From positions 54,190,001-54,254,000 of the forward strand of contig NC_058368.1 in the NCBI RefSeq assembly GCF_018350175.1: DNA of 64,000 nucleotides, written 5' to 3'. This document shows positions 25,151-37,208 of the stretch, piece after piece. The notes beneath the pieces were generated by a model. It was not told the origin of the DNA. It did no database searches and was given only the letters and a program-made list of their open reading frames with translations. The DNA is from Felis catus. Taxonomy: Eukaryota. Each line of letters opens with the position of its first letter. Within the stretch, counting starts at the first letter, position 1. Made by a program: the position numbers and the translations under genes.

Positions 25151-25214
25151 TAGGTCATGTGCCCAATCAAATAGGCATCTATTCCATGTTGCTCAGAGCA
25201 GACGTCAGGAGCTA

Positions 25215-26132
25215 TTTCTTCACATTTCAGTTAATGCTACTACCAATAAATAAATTGCTTAGGCCCGAAATGTGAGAGTCAACCTTGATTTCTGTTTTTA
25301 AGATTATCCTTATCTAATTCTTTAGCGGATCCAGTCAACTATAAATACACTATACATTCAAAACGTATTGAAGTCCCCTTCCCTTATACCATTTACTCTG
25401 TCAAAGCCACCATCACCTCCCATTTAGACTACTGTAAGAGGCTTTTCAGTCTTTTTGCTTCTTTTATTGCTTCTTCTATTTTATTTCCCACCTAGCAACC
25501 AGGGCTAGATGTATCTTATCTCTATTTCTGTATCTTTATAGTAAATTATATTTAACATGACTTAACATCAGATCACTTTCTTGCTTCAAATTCTCCAATG
25601 GCTTTCCATGTCACTTAGTGTATAATCATTGTATCTCTCCCTGGACTATTAAGGACCTTCATAATCTGGTCCTTGCTTGCTTCTCTAACTCATTTCCACT
25701 TGTTTACTATGGTCCATGCACAGTGGGTTATTCTATTTTTTAATATGTCCTGCACGTGCCTTCCTTAAAGAATATTCATGGGCCCCTTCTCTCCCTGGAA
25801 TAGTTGACACCAGACCTTTTTAAGGCTAGTATCTTTTTATCATTCGGATCTCAGCTTGAATATTATTTCTTCAGAGGGGACAGTTATTCTAACCATTTAG
25901 TTTCTGCAAAGTACTCTTTAGCTAATTATCTCACATGAATATTCACAGAACTTACTACTACTCAGGATTACATATTTAAAAAACCCACAAAACCCATGAT
26001 GATTATCTGCTTTCTCTACTAGAATATAAACTTCAGGAGAGCAGGGTCTTTGTCTGGCCTATTTATGAATTTATTTCCAGTGCCTAGAATAGCACTTGGC
26101 ACATAATAACTAATTCTTGAACAATGAAGAGT
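25215..26132 (+). mobile_element. L2 3' region
   Basis: TCAAAGCCACCATCACCTCCCATTTAGACTACTG, TCTCCAATGGCTTTCCAT, TAGAATATAAACTTCAGGAGAGCAGGG...CCAGTGCCTAGAATAGCACTTGGCACATAA. Confidence 0.85.
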
Positions 26133-26189
26133 GGAAAGCTAAGAAAGACCTGTTCACACCATGTTTTGTCTTAACATTTTTAAAGTCCA

Positions 26190-26397
26190 ATAGAATTGGA
26201 TGTGAGTTCTATGTATAGTTGTGCATCATGAATAAGTTACTTAACTTCTTTAAGTTTTCTCCTTTGACAATTGTAATAATGATAATAATACAAGGTGCTT
26301 CATCAAATTACTGTCAGAATATTAACTGGATTAATGCAAGCAAGGTGACTGGCCTTGTGTCTGGCATATAGTATATGTTCAATTAACATTATCATTC
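26190..26397 (+). mobile_element. MIR
   Basis: ATAAGTTACTTAACTTCTTTAAGTTTTCTCC core; 3' GTGTCTGGCATATAGTATATGTTCAATTAAC. Confidence 0.7.
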
Positions 26398-27636
26398 TCT
26401 GATTTGAATAATCAGATGTCACTCATTTGTGTCATCCTCCCCCTGACAACAATTTGCTATCTATCCATGGAAAAAAGTATCTTTGTAAGAGCTGTGGGAT
26501 CTAGCACTAGATGCCACATGACCTAGGAGGAGTCTTGCTCACCCATGTGTCAAGGGGTAGGCATACAGCACTCAGCCCCAAGCCCTAGCTGTGGACCTGC
26601 AGTGGTCTGTGAATTGTTTTCAGCCCCTCTTGCTTTGCTGGGGTCTGGAAACCCCTGGAAAACACTGTTTTAGACAATTTCCCAGAGACCAGAGAGACTT
26701 TGCGGAAGTCTAGGTCCCCAGTGGAGAAGTTCCAACATACCATTAGAATAAAAAATATGAAGTTTGGATCCATTAGAGCGGGTAAAAGAAACTCGCATCA
26801 ACCACTCTCACGGCAGCACGGCTTACAGCCAAGAGAAATCTTCTTAGTTGTAATAAAATAAAACCAGAAATGAAAAATGAGATATTATAATTGATACTAG
26901 AGAAATACAAAGCATCATAAGAGAATACTATAAACAATTATACACCAACAAATGGGATAACCTATAAGGAGTGGATAAATACTAGCACATAAAACTTACT
27001 GAAACTGAATCATGAAGAAATAGAAAACCTGAACAGTTTACAATTATTAGTAAGGAGGTTGACTTAGCAATAAAAAATACCCAAATAAAGAAAAACTCAG
27101 GACCAGATGGCTTCCCTGGTGACTTCTACCAAGCATTTAAAGAAGAATTAATGCTAATCTTTCTCAAAATCTTTCAAAACTGAAGAGGAGGGAAAACTTC
27201 CAAACGCATTTTATGAGTCCAGAATTATTCCAACACCAAAGTCAGATAAGGACACTACAAGAAAACTACAGACCAATTTCTCTGATGAGCATGCAAAGAG
27301 GAATTCTCAATAAAACATTAGCAAATGGAATTTAACAATACATTAAAAGGATCATAAACCATTATCAAGTGGGATTTATTTCTGGGATGCAAGGATGGTT
27401 CAATATATACAAATCAATAAATGTGATACATCACATTAATGTAATAAAAGGTAAAAATCATGTGATAATTTCAATAGATGCAGAAAAAGCTTTTGAAAAA
27501 ATACAACCTCATTTCATGGCAAAAACTTTTATCAAATTGGGTATAGAAGGAATGTACCTCAATATGATACAAGCCATATATGACAAGCCCACAGCTAAAA
27601 TCATACTCTATAGTGAAAGTAGGAAGTCTTTTCTTT

Positions 27637-27863
27637 CCTTTTTTTAAAAAAATTTTTTAACATTTATTTATTTTTGAGAGACAGAGAGAGACAGAGCATG
27701 AGTGGGTGAGGGGCAGAGAGAGAGGGAGACACAGAATCCAAAGCAGGCTCCAGGCTCTGAGCTGTCAGCACAGAGCCTGATGTGGGGCTTGAACTCATGA
27801 ACCATGAGATTATGACCTGAGCTGAATTCAGATGCTTAACGGACTGAGCCACCCAGGCACCCC
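27637..27863 (-). mobile_element. CanSINE (SINEC_Fc) inside L1
   Basis: TSD AGGAAGTCTTTTCTTT 27621-27636 / AAGAAGTCTTTTCTTT 27864-27879. Confidence 0.95.
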
Positions 27864-28163
27864 AAGAAGTCTTTTCTTTTAAGATCAGAAAAAGACAAGG
27901 GTGCCCACTCACCACTACTATTCAACATGGAAATAGCCAGAGAAATCAGACAAGAATGAGAAATAAAAGGCATCCAAAATTGAAAGAAAGAAGTAAAATT
28001 GAATTTGTTTGCAGATGATATGATTTTATATGCAGAAAATCCTAAAGACCTCACCAAAAAAATATTAGACAAAATATTAGAAAAGTTTCAGGATACAAAA
28101 TCAACATGCAGAATCAGTTGCTTTTCTATACACTAACAGCAAAATCTCTGAAAAAGAAATAAA

Positions 28164-28387
28164 GGGGGGTGCCTGGGTAGCTCAGTCGGTTAGGCAGCCA
28201 ACTCTTGATTTTTGGCTCAGGTCATGATCTCCTGGTTCATGAGTTCCAGCCCTGTGTCAGGCTCTGTGCTGACAGTGAGGAGTCTGCTTGAGATTCTCTT
28301 TCTCCCTCTCTCTCTGACCCTCCCCCACTCACTCACTCTCTTTTTCTCTGTCTCTCTCAAAATAAATAAATAGACATAAAATTTTTA
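28164..28387 (+). mobile_element. CanSINE inside L1
   Basis: GGGGTGCCTGGGTAGCTCAGTCGG head; TSD AAAAAGAAATAAA 28151-28163 / 28388-28400. Confidence 0.93.
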
Positions 28388-28729
28388 AAAAAGAAATAAA
28401 ACAATCCCATTCATAATAGCATCAAAAGCAATAAAATACTTAGGAATAGTGGTGCAGCCACTATAGTAAACAGTATGGATATTTTTCAAAAAATTAAAAA
28501 TATAATTAGCATATAATCTAGCAATCCTACTTCTGGGTCTATAGCCAAAGAAAATGAAATCAGAATCTTAAGGAGATATCTGCCCTCACATATTCACTGC
28601 AGTATTATTCACAATAGCCAAGATATGAAAGCAACCTAAGTTCATCTCCAGATAAATGGATAAAGAATATATCATACACACACACACACACACACACCAT
28701 GGAATTTTACTCAACCATGAAAATAAGAA

Positions 28730-28940
28730 GGGGCACCTGGGTGGCTCAGTTGGTTAAGTGTCTGACTTAGGCTCAGGTCATGATCCCGCAATTCATGAGT
28801 TTGAGCCCTGCATCAGGCTCTGTGCTGACAGCTCGGAGCCTGAAGCCTGCCTCAGATCTGTGTCTCCCTCTCTCTCTCTGCCCCTTCCTCCCTCACACTC
28901 TGTCTCTGTCTCTCAAAAATAAATAAATATGAGAAAAAAG
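28730..28940 (+). mobile_element. CanSINE (SINEC_Fc) inside L1 3' end
   Basis: GGGGCACCTGGGTGGCTCAG head, (CT)n, AATAAA; degenerate A-rich TSD ending AAGAAGG. Confidence 0.93.
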
Positions 28941-29469
28941 GAAAGAAAAGAAGGAAATCCTGTCATTTGTGACAACATGGATGGACCTTGAGGGTATCAC
29001 GCTAAGTGAAATATGTCAGACAGAGAAAGACAAATGCCATATGGAATCACTTACGTGTGAAATCTAAAAGAGCTGAACTCATAAAATAAAATGGTGGTTG
29101 CCAGAAACTGGAGGGTAGGGGAAAAGGAAGATATTGCTCAAAAAGTAGAAACTTTCAGTTATGTGATGAGTAAGTTCTGAGGATTTAGTATACACTATAA
29201 TGGTTACTGTTAACCATACTGTATTATATATACTTGAAAGTTGCTAAAATAGTAGATTTTAAAAGTTCTCACTACAATAAAGAAATGGTAATTATATGAT
29301 GGAGGTATTAGCTAACATTACTGTGGTAATAATTTCATAAATGCATAATACCTGTATAATGTATAATGTCGAGTCAACACATTGTACACCGCAAACTTAG
29401 ACAATGTTATGTGTCAATTATATACCTATAAAGCTAAAAATAAAATGACAATTAAAAGGGGAAGAAGAT

Positions 29470-29692
29470 GGGGCGCCTGGGTGGCGCAGTCGGTTAAGCG
29501 TCCGACTTCAGCCAGGTCACGATCTCGCGGTCCATGAGTTCGAGCCCCGCGTCAGGCTCTGGGCTGATGGCTCGGAGCCTGGAGCCTGTTTCCGATTCTG
29601 TGTCTCCCTCTCTCTCTGCCCCTCCCCCATTCATGCTCTGTCTCTCTCTGTCCCAAAAATAAATAAAAAACGTTGAAAAAAAATTTAAAAAA
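29470..29692 (+). mobile_element. Very young CanSINE (youngest felid type)
   Basis: Near-identical to 6199-6408, CpG-rich; TSD AAAAGGGG(G)AAGAAG on both sides. Confidence 0.96.
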
Positions 29693-29886
29693 AAAGGGGG
29701 AAGAAGTTAAGAAATAGAGCTAGTTTAAAAATTTGGCATCAATTCATAAGTGACATTTCTGAGGTCTCTCATTTTTTAATTTCTAGCCCAATGTTTCTAA
29801 CTGAGGAGGAAAAAGATTTATTTGCTTGTTTATGAAGCATGAGAGAGTAGGAAGGCAAAGATAAACTACTTTGAAAACCCATCTTT

Positions 29887-29897
29887 CAAGATGGCGG
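29887..29897 (+). promoter_or_regulatory. YY1 motif at L1 5' end
   Basis: CAAGATGGCGG matches the YY1 consensus known at mammalian L1 5' ends. Confidence 0.7.
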
Positions 29898-30982
29898 AAC
29901 AGCAAAAAGGTTTTTGTGTCTCTCGCATCCATGAAACACAGCCACACCAACACTAAACCATCCTGCACACCCAGAAAACTGATCTGAGGATTAACACAGC
30001 AATCTGCACAACCTGAACCACAGAATTCAGCAGGTATGTAGTGCGGAGAGGTGAACTTGGGGAGAGAAGCTGCCAAGGGCAGGGAGGTGCTTTTGCGGGC
30101 GGAGAGAGGATGGAGACGGTGAGGAGAATACAGGAAAACCACCCCTCCCCAAAAGCAGCTGGAGAGAAAGTGGAAAACTGGAAACAGCTGCAGGGACTGA
30201 GCTAAAAAGGGAGAAAGGAGAAAGGAGAGGGTTTATATTCCATTAAGACTGTAAACAAGGGGAGCACAGAGTCTGAAACTCCGCAGTTCAATACCTGGCA
30301 GTGCTCTTGGGGGGAAGGGCAAATCCCTAGGAGCAGAGTGGAGTCCGGGATGTTCTCAGGCCACACTGGGAAAAGCGGTTCCACTGCTGGAAGGACATGT
30401 GGTAGAGGCTGTGAGGCCACCTGGGCCCAGCAGACCCCAGAAGGTTGCCACATTCGCTGGTGCTGGAACAAGGTTGTTGGGGGTGAAGCCTGGTGCCAGA
30501 TGTGTGTTGTGATTTTCCACAATCCTTGAGGCGCTGCTGCTACACTGTCTCGGGAACTTTTTCTGGGGTGGGCTGGCACCTGGCAGCAGTCTCTGGGCAT
30601 TGGTAACAGCACGATCCTGCAAGCGTTCCTGGGTGCTGCCGGCAACTGGCCATTGCTCAGTGAGACCCTCCATTGCTTGGTGAGAACCTCCGCAGAGGGG
30701 TGGCGCTGGTCAAAGCCACAGTCCCTCAGAAGTGGGGGGCTGGGGCAGCCACATCTTAGACAAAACTGGGGGGGGAGGTGCTGCCTGGGGCTTGGTCACG
30801 GACAGTGTGGAAGCAGGGAGTGGATGGAAGCCAAGGACAAAGGATGGGTGCACGATTGCTGATCAGGGAGAACAGAGTTCTGATACTAGAGACTGAAGAG
30901 GTGGGTGACACCATTTTCACTGCTCCTGCACAAGTGCATACACACTTACAAACGCCACAACAATCCACCCAGTAAGCTAAGC

Positions 30983-30997
30983 AGCGCCATCTAGTGG
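30983..30997 (-). promoter_or_regulatory. CTCF core motif in L1 5' UTR
   Basis: Minus strand reads CCACTAGATGGCGCT, a match to CCASYAGRKGGCRS; motif only, binding not shown. Confidence 0.55.
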
Positions 30998-31606
30998 AGA
31001 ATGAAGTCGTTACACTAAGCTCCGCCCAACTAGGCCAACCTTGCTCTTCAGGAACACAAGTCTCTCCGCCTGCTTAGTTTATGGACTATAAAGCGCTTCA
31101 TAGTTTGACTTCTAAGGGAAAACGAAGTGATTTCAGTTGTATTTCAGTCTGTTCGCTGGTCTATTCAATTTTCTTTCTTTTTTTTCTTTTTTCTCTTTTT
31201 TGTGTCTTTTCTTTTTCTTGAATACAGAAAGAGAAGAAACTCATTTTTAGTTTCAATTTTTATTAAAAATATTTTTCTTTGATTTTTTTCTACTATATTT
31301 TTTACTTTTGTGTAAATTTTTTCAAATTCTATTTTACTTTCATCATTTAAGTTTAGTCAACTTCAGTGTATTCATTTTTTTCAAATTTTCAAACGATTTC
31401 CTTTTTTTCCCCCTTTATTCTCTAATTTATCAAGCCACTTTCAACACTGGGACCAAAACACACCTAGGATCTAGCATCATTTATTCGATTTTGTGTGTGT
31501 GTGTTTTTAATTTTTTAATTTTAATTTTTTTAATTTTAATTTTTTTAATTTTAATTTTTTTTTATTTTAAATTTTTCTACCTCATTATTCCTTTTCTCCC
31601 TTCAAA

Positions 31607-32478
31607 ATGATGAAATGAAGAGATTCACCCCAAAAGAAAGAGCACGAAGAAACGACAGTGAGGGACTTAACCAAAACAGATAAAAGCAAGGTGTCTGAAC
31701 CAGAATTTAGAATCATGATAATAAGAATATTAGCTGGAGTCAAAAATAGATTTGAATCCCTTTCTGTGGAGATACAAAAAAGTAAAAACTAGTTAGGATG
31801 AAATTAAAATGCTATAACTGAGCTGCAATCTCAAATGGATGCATGGTGGCAAGGATGGATGAGGCAGAACAGAGAATCAGCGATATAGAGGACAAACTTA
31901 CAGAGAATAATGAAGCAGAAAAAAGAGGGAGATTAAGGCAAAAGAGCACGATTTAAGAATTAGAGAAATCAGTGTCTCATTAACAAGGAACAACATCAGA
32001 ATCATAGGGGTCCCAGAAGAGGAAGAGAGAGAAATAGGGGTAGAAGCATTATGTGAGCAAATCATAGTGGAAAACTTTCCTAACCTGGGGAAAGACACAG
32101 ACATCAACATCCAGGAAACACAGAGGACTCCCATTAGATTCAACAAAAACTGACCATCAACAAGGCATATCATAGTCAAATTCACGAAATACTCAGGCAA
32201 GGAGAGAATCATGAAGGGAAAAAAAGTCCTTGACCTACAAGGGAAGACAGATCAGGTTTGTAGCAGACCTATCCACAGAAACTTGGCAGGCCAGAAAGGA
32301 GTGGCAGGATATAGTCAATGTGCTGAATCAGGAAAAAGTGCAGCCAAGAATTCTTTATCCAGCAAGGCTGTCATTCAAAATAGAAGGAGAGATAAAAAGT
32401 TTCCCAGACTAACAAAATTTAAAGGAGTTCGTGACCACTAAACCATCCCTGCAAGAAATTTTAAGGGGTACTCTCTGA
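31607..32478 (+). pseudogene. L1 ORF1p (disrupted)
   Basis: ATG at 31607 followed by in-frame stop; C-terminal block TYKGRQIRFVADLSTETWQARKEWQDIVNVLNQEKVQPRILYPARLSFKIEGEIKSFPD (ORF 32230-32412). Confidence 0.9.
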
Positions 32479-32570
32479 GGGGAGAAAACAAATAAATAAA
32501 TACCAAAAGCAACAAAGATTAGAAAGGACCAGAGCCCACCACCAGAAACTCCAGGTCTACAAGCAACATA

Positions 32571-35500
32571 ACAGAAATAAATTCCTATCTTTCAGTACTC
32601 ACTCTAAACATCAACAGACTAAATGCTCCAATCAAAAACATAGGGTAACAGAATGGATAAGAAAACAAGATCCATCTATATGCTGTTTACAAGAGACCCA
32701 CTTTAGACCTAAAGACACCTTCAGACTGAAAGTAAGGGGATGGAGAACCATCTATCATGCTAATGGTCAACAAAAGAAAGAGTAGCCATACTTATATAAG
32801 ACAATCTAGACTTGAAAATAAAGATTATATCAAGAGATGAAGAAGGGCATTATATCATAATTAAGGGGTCTACCCACCAAGAAGACCTAACAATTGTAAA
32901 CATTTATGTGCCAAATGTGAAAGCACCCAAATATATAAATCAATTAATCACAAACATAAAGAAACTCATTGATAGTAATACCATAATATTAGGAGACTTC
33001 AACACCCCACTCACAGCAATGGACAGATCATCTAATCAAAAAATCAACAAGTAAACAATGGCTTTGAATGACACACTGGACCAGATGGACTTAACAGATA
33101 TATTCAGAACATTTTATCCTAAAGCAGCAGAATGTACATTCTTCTCCAGTGCACATGGAACCTTCTCCAGAATAGACCACATACTGGGACACAAATCAGC
33201 CCTTGGCAAGTACAAAAAGATCAAGATCATACCATGCATATTTTCAGACCACGATGCTCTGAATCTTGAAATCAACCACAAGAAAAAATTTGTAAAGGTA
33301 GAAAATACTTGGAGACTAAAGAACATCCTACTAAAGAATGAATGGGCTAACCAAGAAGTTAAAGAGGAAATTAAAAAGCATGTAAGCCAATGAAAATGAA
33401 AACACCACAACCCAAAACCTCTGGGACGCAGCAAATGCAGTCATAAGAGGAATCGAGGCCTTCCTAAAGACGGAAGAAAGATCTCACATACACAACCTAA
33501 CCTTATGCCTTAAAGAGCTGGAAAAAGAACAGTAAATAAAACCCAAAACCAGCACAAGACAGGAAATAATAATGATTAGAGCAGAAATTAATGCTATTGA
33601 AACCAAAAGAACAGTAGAACATATCAACGAACCAGTAGCTGGTTATTCGAAAGAATTAACAAAATTGATAACCCCCCTAGCCAGTTTGATCAAGAAGAAA
33701 AAGGAAAGGACCTAAATAAATGAAATCAAGAATGAAAGAGGAGAGATCACAACCAATACAGCAGAAATAAAAACAATAATAAAGAATATTATGAGCAATT
33801 ATATGCCAATAAAATGGGCAATCTGGAAGAAATGGACAAATTCCTAGAAACATATACACTAGCAAAACTGAAACAGGAAGAAATAGAAAATTTGAGCAGA
33901 CCCATAACAAGTAAGGAAATCGAATTAGTAATCAAAAATTCTCCCAAAAAATAAGAGTCCAGGGCCAGATGGCTTTCCAGGGGAATTCTACCAAACATTT
34001 AAAGAAGAATTAACACCTATTTTCTTAAAGCTGTTCCAAAAAATAGAAATGGAAGGAAAACTTCCAAACTCTTCCTATGAAGCCAATGTTACCTTGACTT
34101 CAAAACCAGACAGACAACCAGACAGACACCCCACTCACTAAAAAGGAGAACCATAGACCAATTTTCCTGATGAACATGGATGCAAAAATCCTCAACAAGA
34201 TATTAGCCAACCTGATCCAACAATACATTAAAAAAATTATTCACCATGACCAGTGGGATTTATACCTGGGATGCAGGGCTGTTTCAATATCTACAAAACA
34301 ATTAACACAATTCATCACATCAATAAAAGGACAAGAACCTTATGATCCTCTCAATAGATGCAGGGAAAGCATTTGACAAAATACAGCAAACTTTCTTGAT
34401 AAAAACCCTCAAGAAAGTAGGGATAGAAGGATCATACCTTGAGATCATAAAAGCCATGTATGAATAACCCAATGCTAATATCATCCTCAATGGGGAAAAA
34501 CTGAGAGCTTTCCCCCAAGGTCAGGAATAAGACAGGGATGTCCACTCTCACCACTGTCATTCAACATAGTATTGGAAGTCTTAGCCTCTGCAATCAGACA
34601 ACACAAAGAAATAAAAGGTATCCAAATTGGCCAGGAGGAGGTCAAACTTTCACTCTTTGCAGATGACATGATACTCTATATGGAAAACCAAAAAAATTCC
34701 ACCAAAAAACCTTCTAGAACTGATTCATGAATTCAGCAAAGTTGTAGGATATAATATCAATGCCCAGAAATCAGTTGCATTCCTATTCACCAACAATGAA
34801 GCAACAAAAAGAGAAATCAAGCAATCAATCCCATTTACAATTGCACCAAAAACCATAAAATACCTAGGAATAAATCTATCCAAAGAGGTGAAAAATCTAT
34901 ACACTGTAAACCATAGAAAGATTATGAAAGAAATTGAAGAGGCACAAAAAAATGGAAAAAGATTCCATGTGTCCAGATAGGAAGGACAAATATTGTTAAA
35001 ATGTCAATACTACCGAAAGCAATCTACATATTCAACGCAATCCCTATCAAAATAACACCAGCATTCTTCACAGCGCTAGAACAAATAATCCTAAAATTTG
35101 TATGGAACTAGAAAAGACCCCAAATAGCCAAAGCAATCTTGAAAAAGAAAACCAAAGCAGGAGGAATCACAATCCCGGACTTCAAGCTACACTACAAAGC
35201 TGTAATCATCAAGACAGTATGGTACTGGCACAAAAACAGACACTCAGATCAATGGAACAGAATAGAGAACCCAGAAATGGATCCACAAACGTATGGCCAA
35301 CTCATCTTTGACAAAGCAGGAAAGAATATCCAATGGAATAAAGACAGTCTCTTCAGCATGTGGTTCTGGGAAAACTGGACAGTGACATGCAGAAGAATGA
35401 ATCTGGACCACTTTCTTTTGTGTACACCATACACAAAAATAAACTCAAAATGGATGAAAGATCTCAATGTAAGACAGGAAGCCATCAAAATCCTCGAGGA

Positions 35501-36246
35501 GAAAGCAGGCAAAAACCTCTTTGATCTTGCCCGCAGCAACTTCTTACTCCACACGTCTCTGGAGGCAAGGGAAACAAAAGCAAAAATGAACTACTGGGAC
35601 CTCATCAAAATAAAAATCTTCTGCACAGTGAAGGAAACAATTAGCAAAACTAAAAGGCAACCAACAGAATGGGAGAAGATATTTGCAAACAACATATCAG
35701 AGAAAGGCTTAGTATCAAAAATCTATAAAGAAAATATCACACTCAACACCCCAAAAACAAATAATCCAGTGAATAAATGGGCAGAAGACATGAATAGACA
35801 CTTCTCTAAAGAAGACATCCAGATGGCAAACTGACACATGAGAAAATGTTCAACATCACTCATCATCAGGGAAATACAAATCAAAACCACAATGAGATAC
35901 CACCTCACACCAGTCAGAATGGCTAACATTAATAGCTTAAGCAACCACAGATGTTGGCGAGGATGTGGAGAAAGAGAGAGGATCTCTTTTACATTGTTGG
36001 TGGGAATGCAAGCTGGTGCAGCCACTCTGGAAAACAGTATGGAGTTTCCTCAAAAAACTAAAAATAGAACTACCCTACGACCCAGCGATTGCACTACTAG
36101 GTATTTATCCAAGGGATACAGATGTGTTGTTTTGAAGGGACACATACACCTCAATGTTTATAGCAGCACTGTCAACAATAGCCAAAGTATGGAAACAGCC
36201 CAAATGTCCATCAATGGATGAATGGATAAAGAAGATGTGGTATATG

Positions 36247-36312
<66 letters not shown>

Positions 36313-36540
36313 ACACATATATATGTGTGTATATATATGTATATATATATATATATACATATATATGTGTGTATATATATATATATATGTTTATATACAC
36401 ACACACACAATGGGGTATTACTTAGCAATCAAAAAGAATGAAATCTTGCTATTTGCAACTACATGGATGGAACTGGAGGATATTATGCTAAGTGAAATTA
36501 GTCAGAGAAAGGCAAATATTATATGACTTCACTCATATAA
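32571..36540 (+). pseudogene. L1 ORF2p (endonuclease, RT, C-terminal; disrupted)
   Basis: Start codon lost; EN motifs GDFNTPL, SRIDHILGH, FSDH; RT FADD at 34656-34667; 231-aa C-terminal ORF 35139-35834; CWRGCGE; many frameshifts and stops. Confidence 0.93.
36247..36409. repeat. Compound (GT)n(AT)n...(AC)n microsatellite inside L1
   Basis: ~160 bp alternating purine-pyrimidine tract, starting (GT)13 and ending (AC)n. Confidence 0.95.
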
Positions 36541-36815
36541 GGACTTTAAGAGACAAACCGGATGAACATAAGGGAAGGGAAACAAAAGTAATACAAAAAC
36601 AGGAAGGGGGACAAAACATAAGAGACTCATAAATATGGAGAACAAACAGAGTTACTGGAGGGTGTGTGTGTGTGTGTGTGGGGTGGGCTAAATGGGTAAG
36701 GAGCACTAAGCAATCTACTCCTGAAATCATTGTTGCACTATATGCTAACTAATTTGGATGTAAAATAAAATAAAATAAAATAAAATAAAATAAAATAAAA
36801 TAAAATAAAATAAAA

Positions 36816-37208
36816 AGTACATGAAGTACAAAGGAAGAAAGATAAAAATGATGGTTGACAGATGTTGGGGGAAGTCATCAAAAAGACACGACCGCTGGTT
36901 GACCCCTTAGCTGGATCCTGGCAATTGCAGGGTCCTCACCTCCTCCCCTATCCTTGGAATGTAGGTTCCACTTGCCTTCCCTGCTCCAAGAATTTGTCCC
37001 AAGAACATAGCCTTGAGATAGTGATGTGGTACTGAGACCATCTAGATGGTATATGTGATTGAACCCAGTTAAGACCTCTATATAAACTTTCAAGATTTGG
37101 CAAGTAGGCATGGGGATCTACTTGACTTGCTGCTGCCCAAGACAAACCTTATATATAAGTTCCCTTTGTGTATTAAAACTTACATCTACCAACAACAAAA
37201 ACAAAAAA
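36816..37208 (+). other. L1 3' transduced segment with second A-rich tail
   Basis: Non-L1 sequence after the L1 tail; ATTAAA 37172-37177; A-rich tail 37191-37208; then right TSD GAAAACTCATCTTTC 37209-37223 matching GAAAACCCATCTTTC 29873-29887. Confidence 0.85.
36863..37191 (+). mobile_element. ERV-like LTR (U3-R only) within the transduction
   Basis: Starts TGTTGGGGG; TATAAA 37081-37086; ATTAAA ~90 bp later; cut at CA ~14 nt after the signal; family not identified. Confidence 0.6.

Larger units (their letters stand above)
26410..29445 (+). mobile_element. Older L1 (L1M1/L1MA9/L1_Carn-like): 5' UTR piece, RT piece and 3' end joined across two large internal deletions; contains three SINEs
   Basis: 5' UTR-like 26410-26845 (ACAACAATTTGCTATCTATCCATGGAAAAAAGT); RT region 26850-28447 incl. 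ORF 27369-27647 [23 protein letters not shown]...[10 protein letters not shown] and TTTGCAGATGATATG (FADDM); jump at ~28448 to GGTGCAGCCACT; 3' UTR to AAAGCTAAAAATAAAA. Confidence 0.85.
29888..36815 (+). mobile_element. Near full-length felid LINE-1 (L1_Fc-like), inactivated
   Basis: Starts at AAGATGGCGG; GC-rich 5' UTR; ORF1 and ORF2 remnants; 3' UTR; (AAAAT)n tail 36761-36815; left TSD 29873-29887. Confidence 0.97.

Noticed and set aside
36105..36526. YI/CV/HT-repeat ORFs on both strands (also 15859-16156, 43969-44230, 53482-53717)
   Set aside because: Stop-free frames created by dinucleotide microsatellites.
29888..36815. Active, retrotransposition-competent L1
   Set aside because: ORF1 has stops and frameshifts, the ORF2 start codon is lost, and the longest ORF2 fragment is 231 aa.
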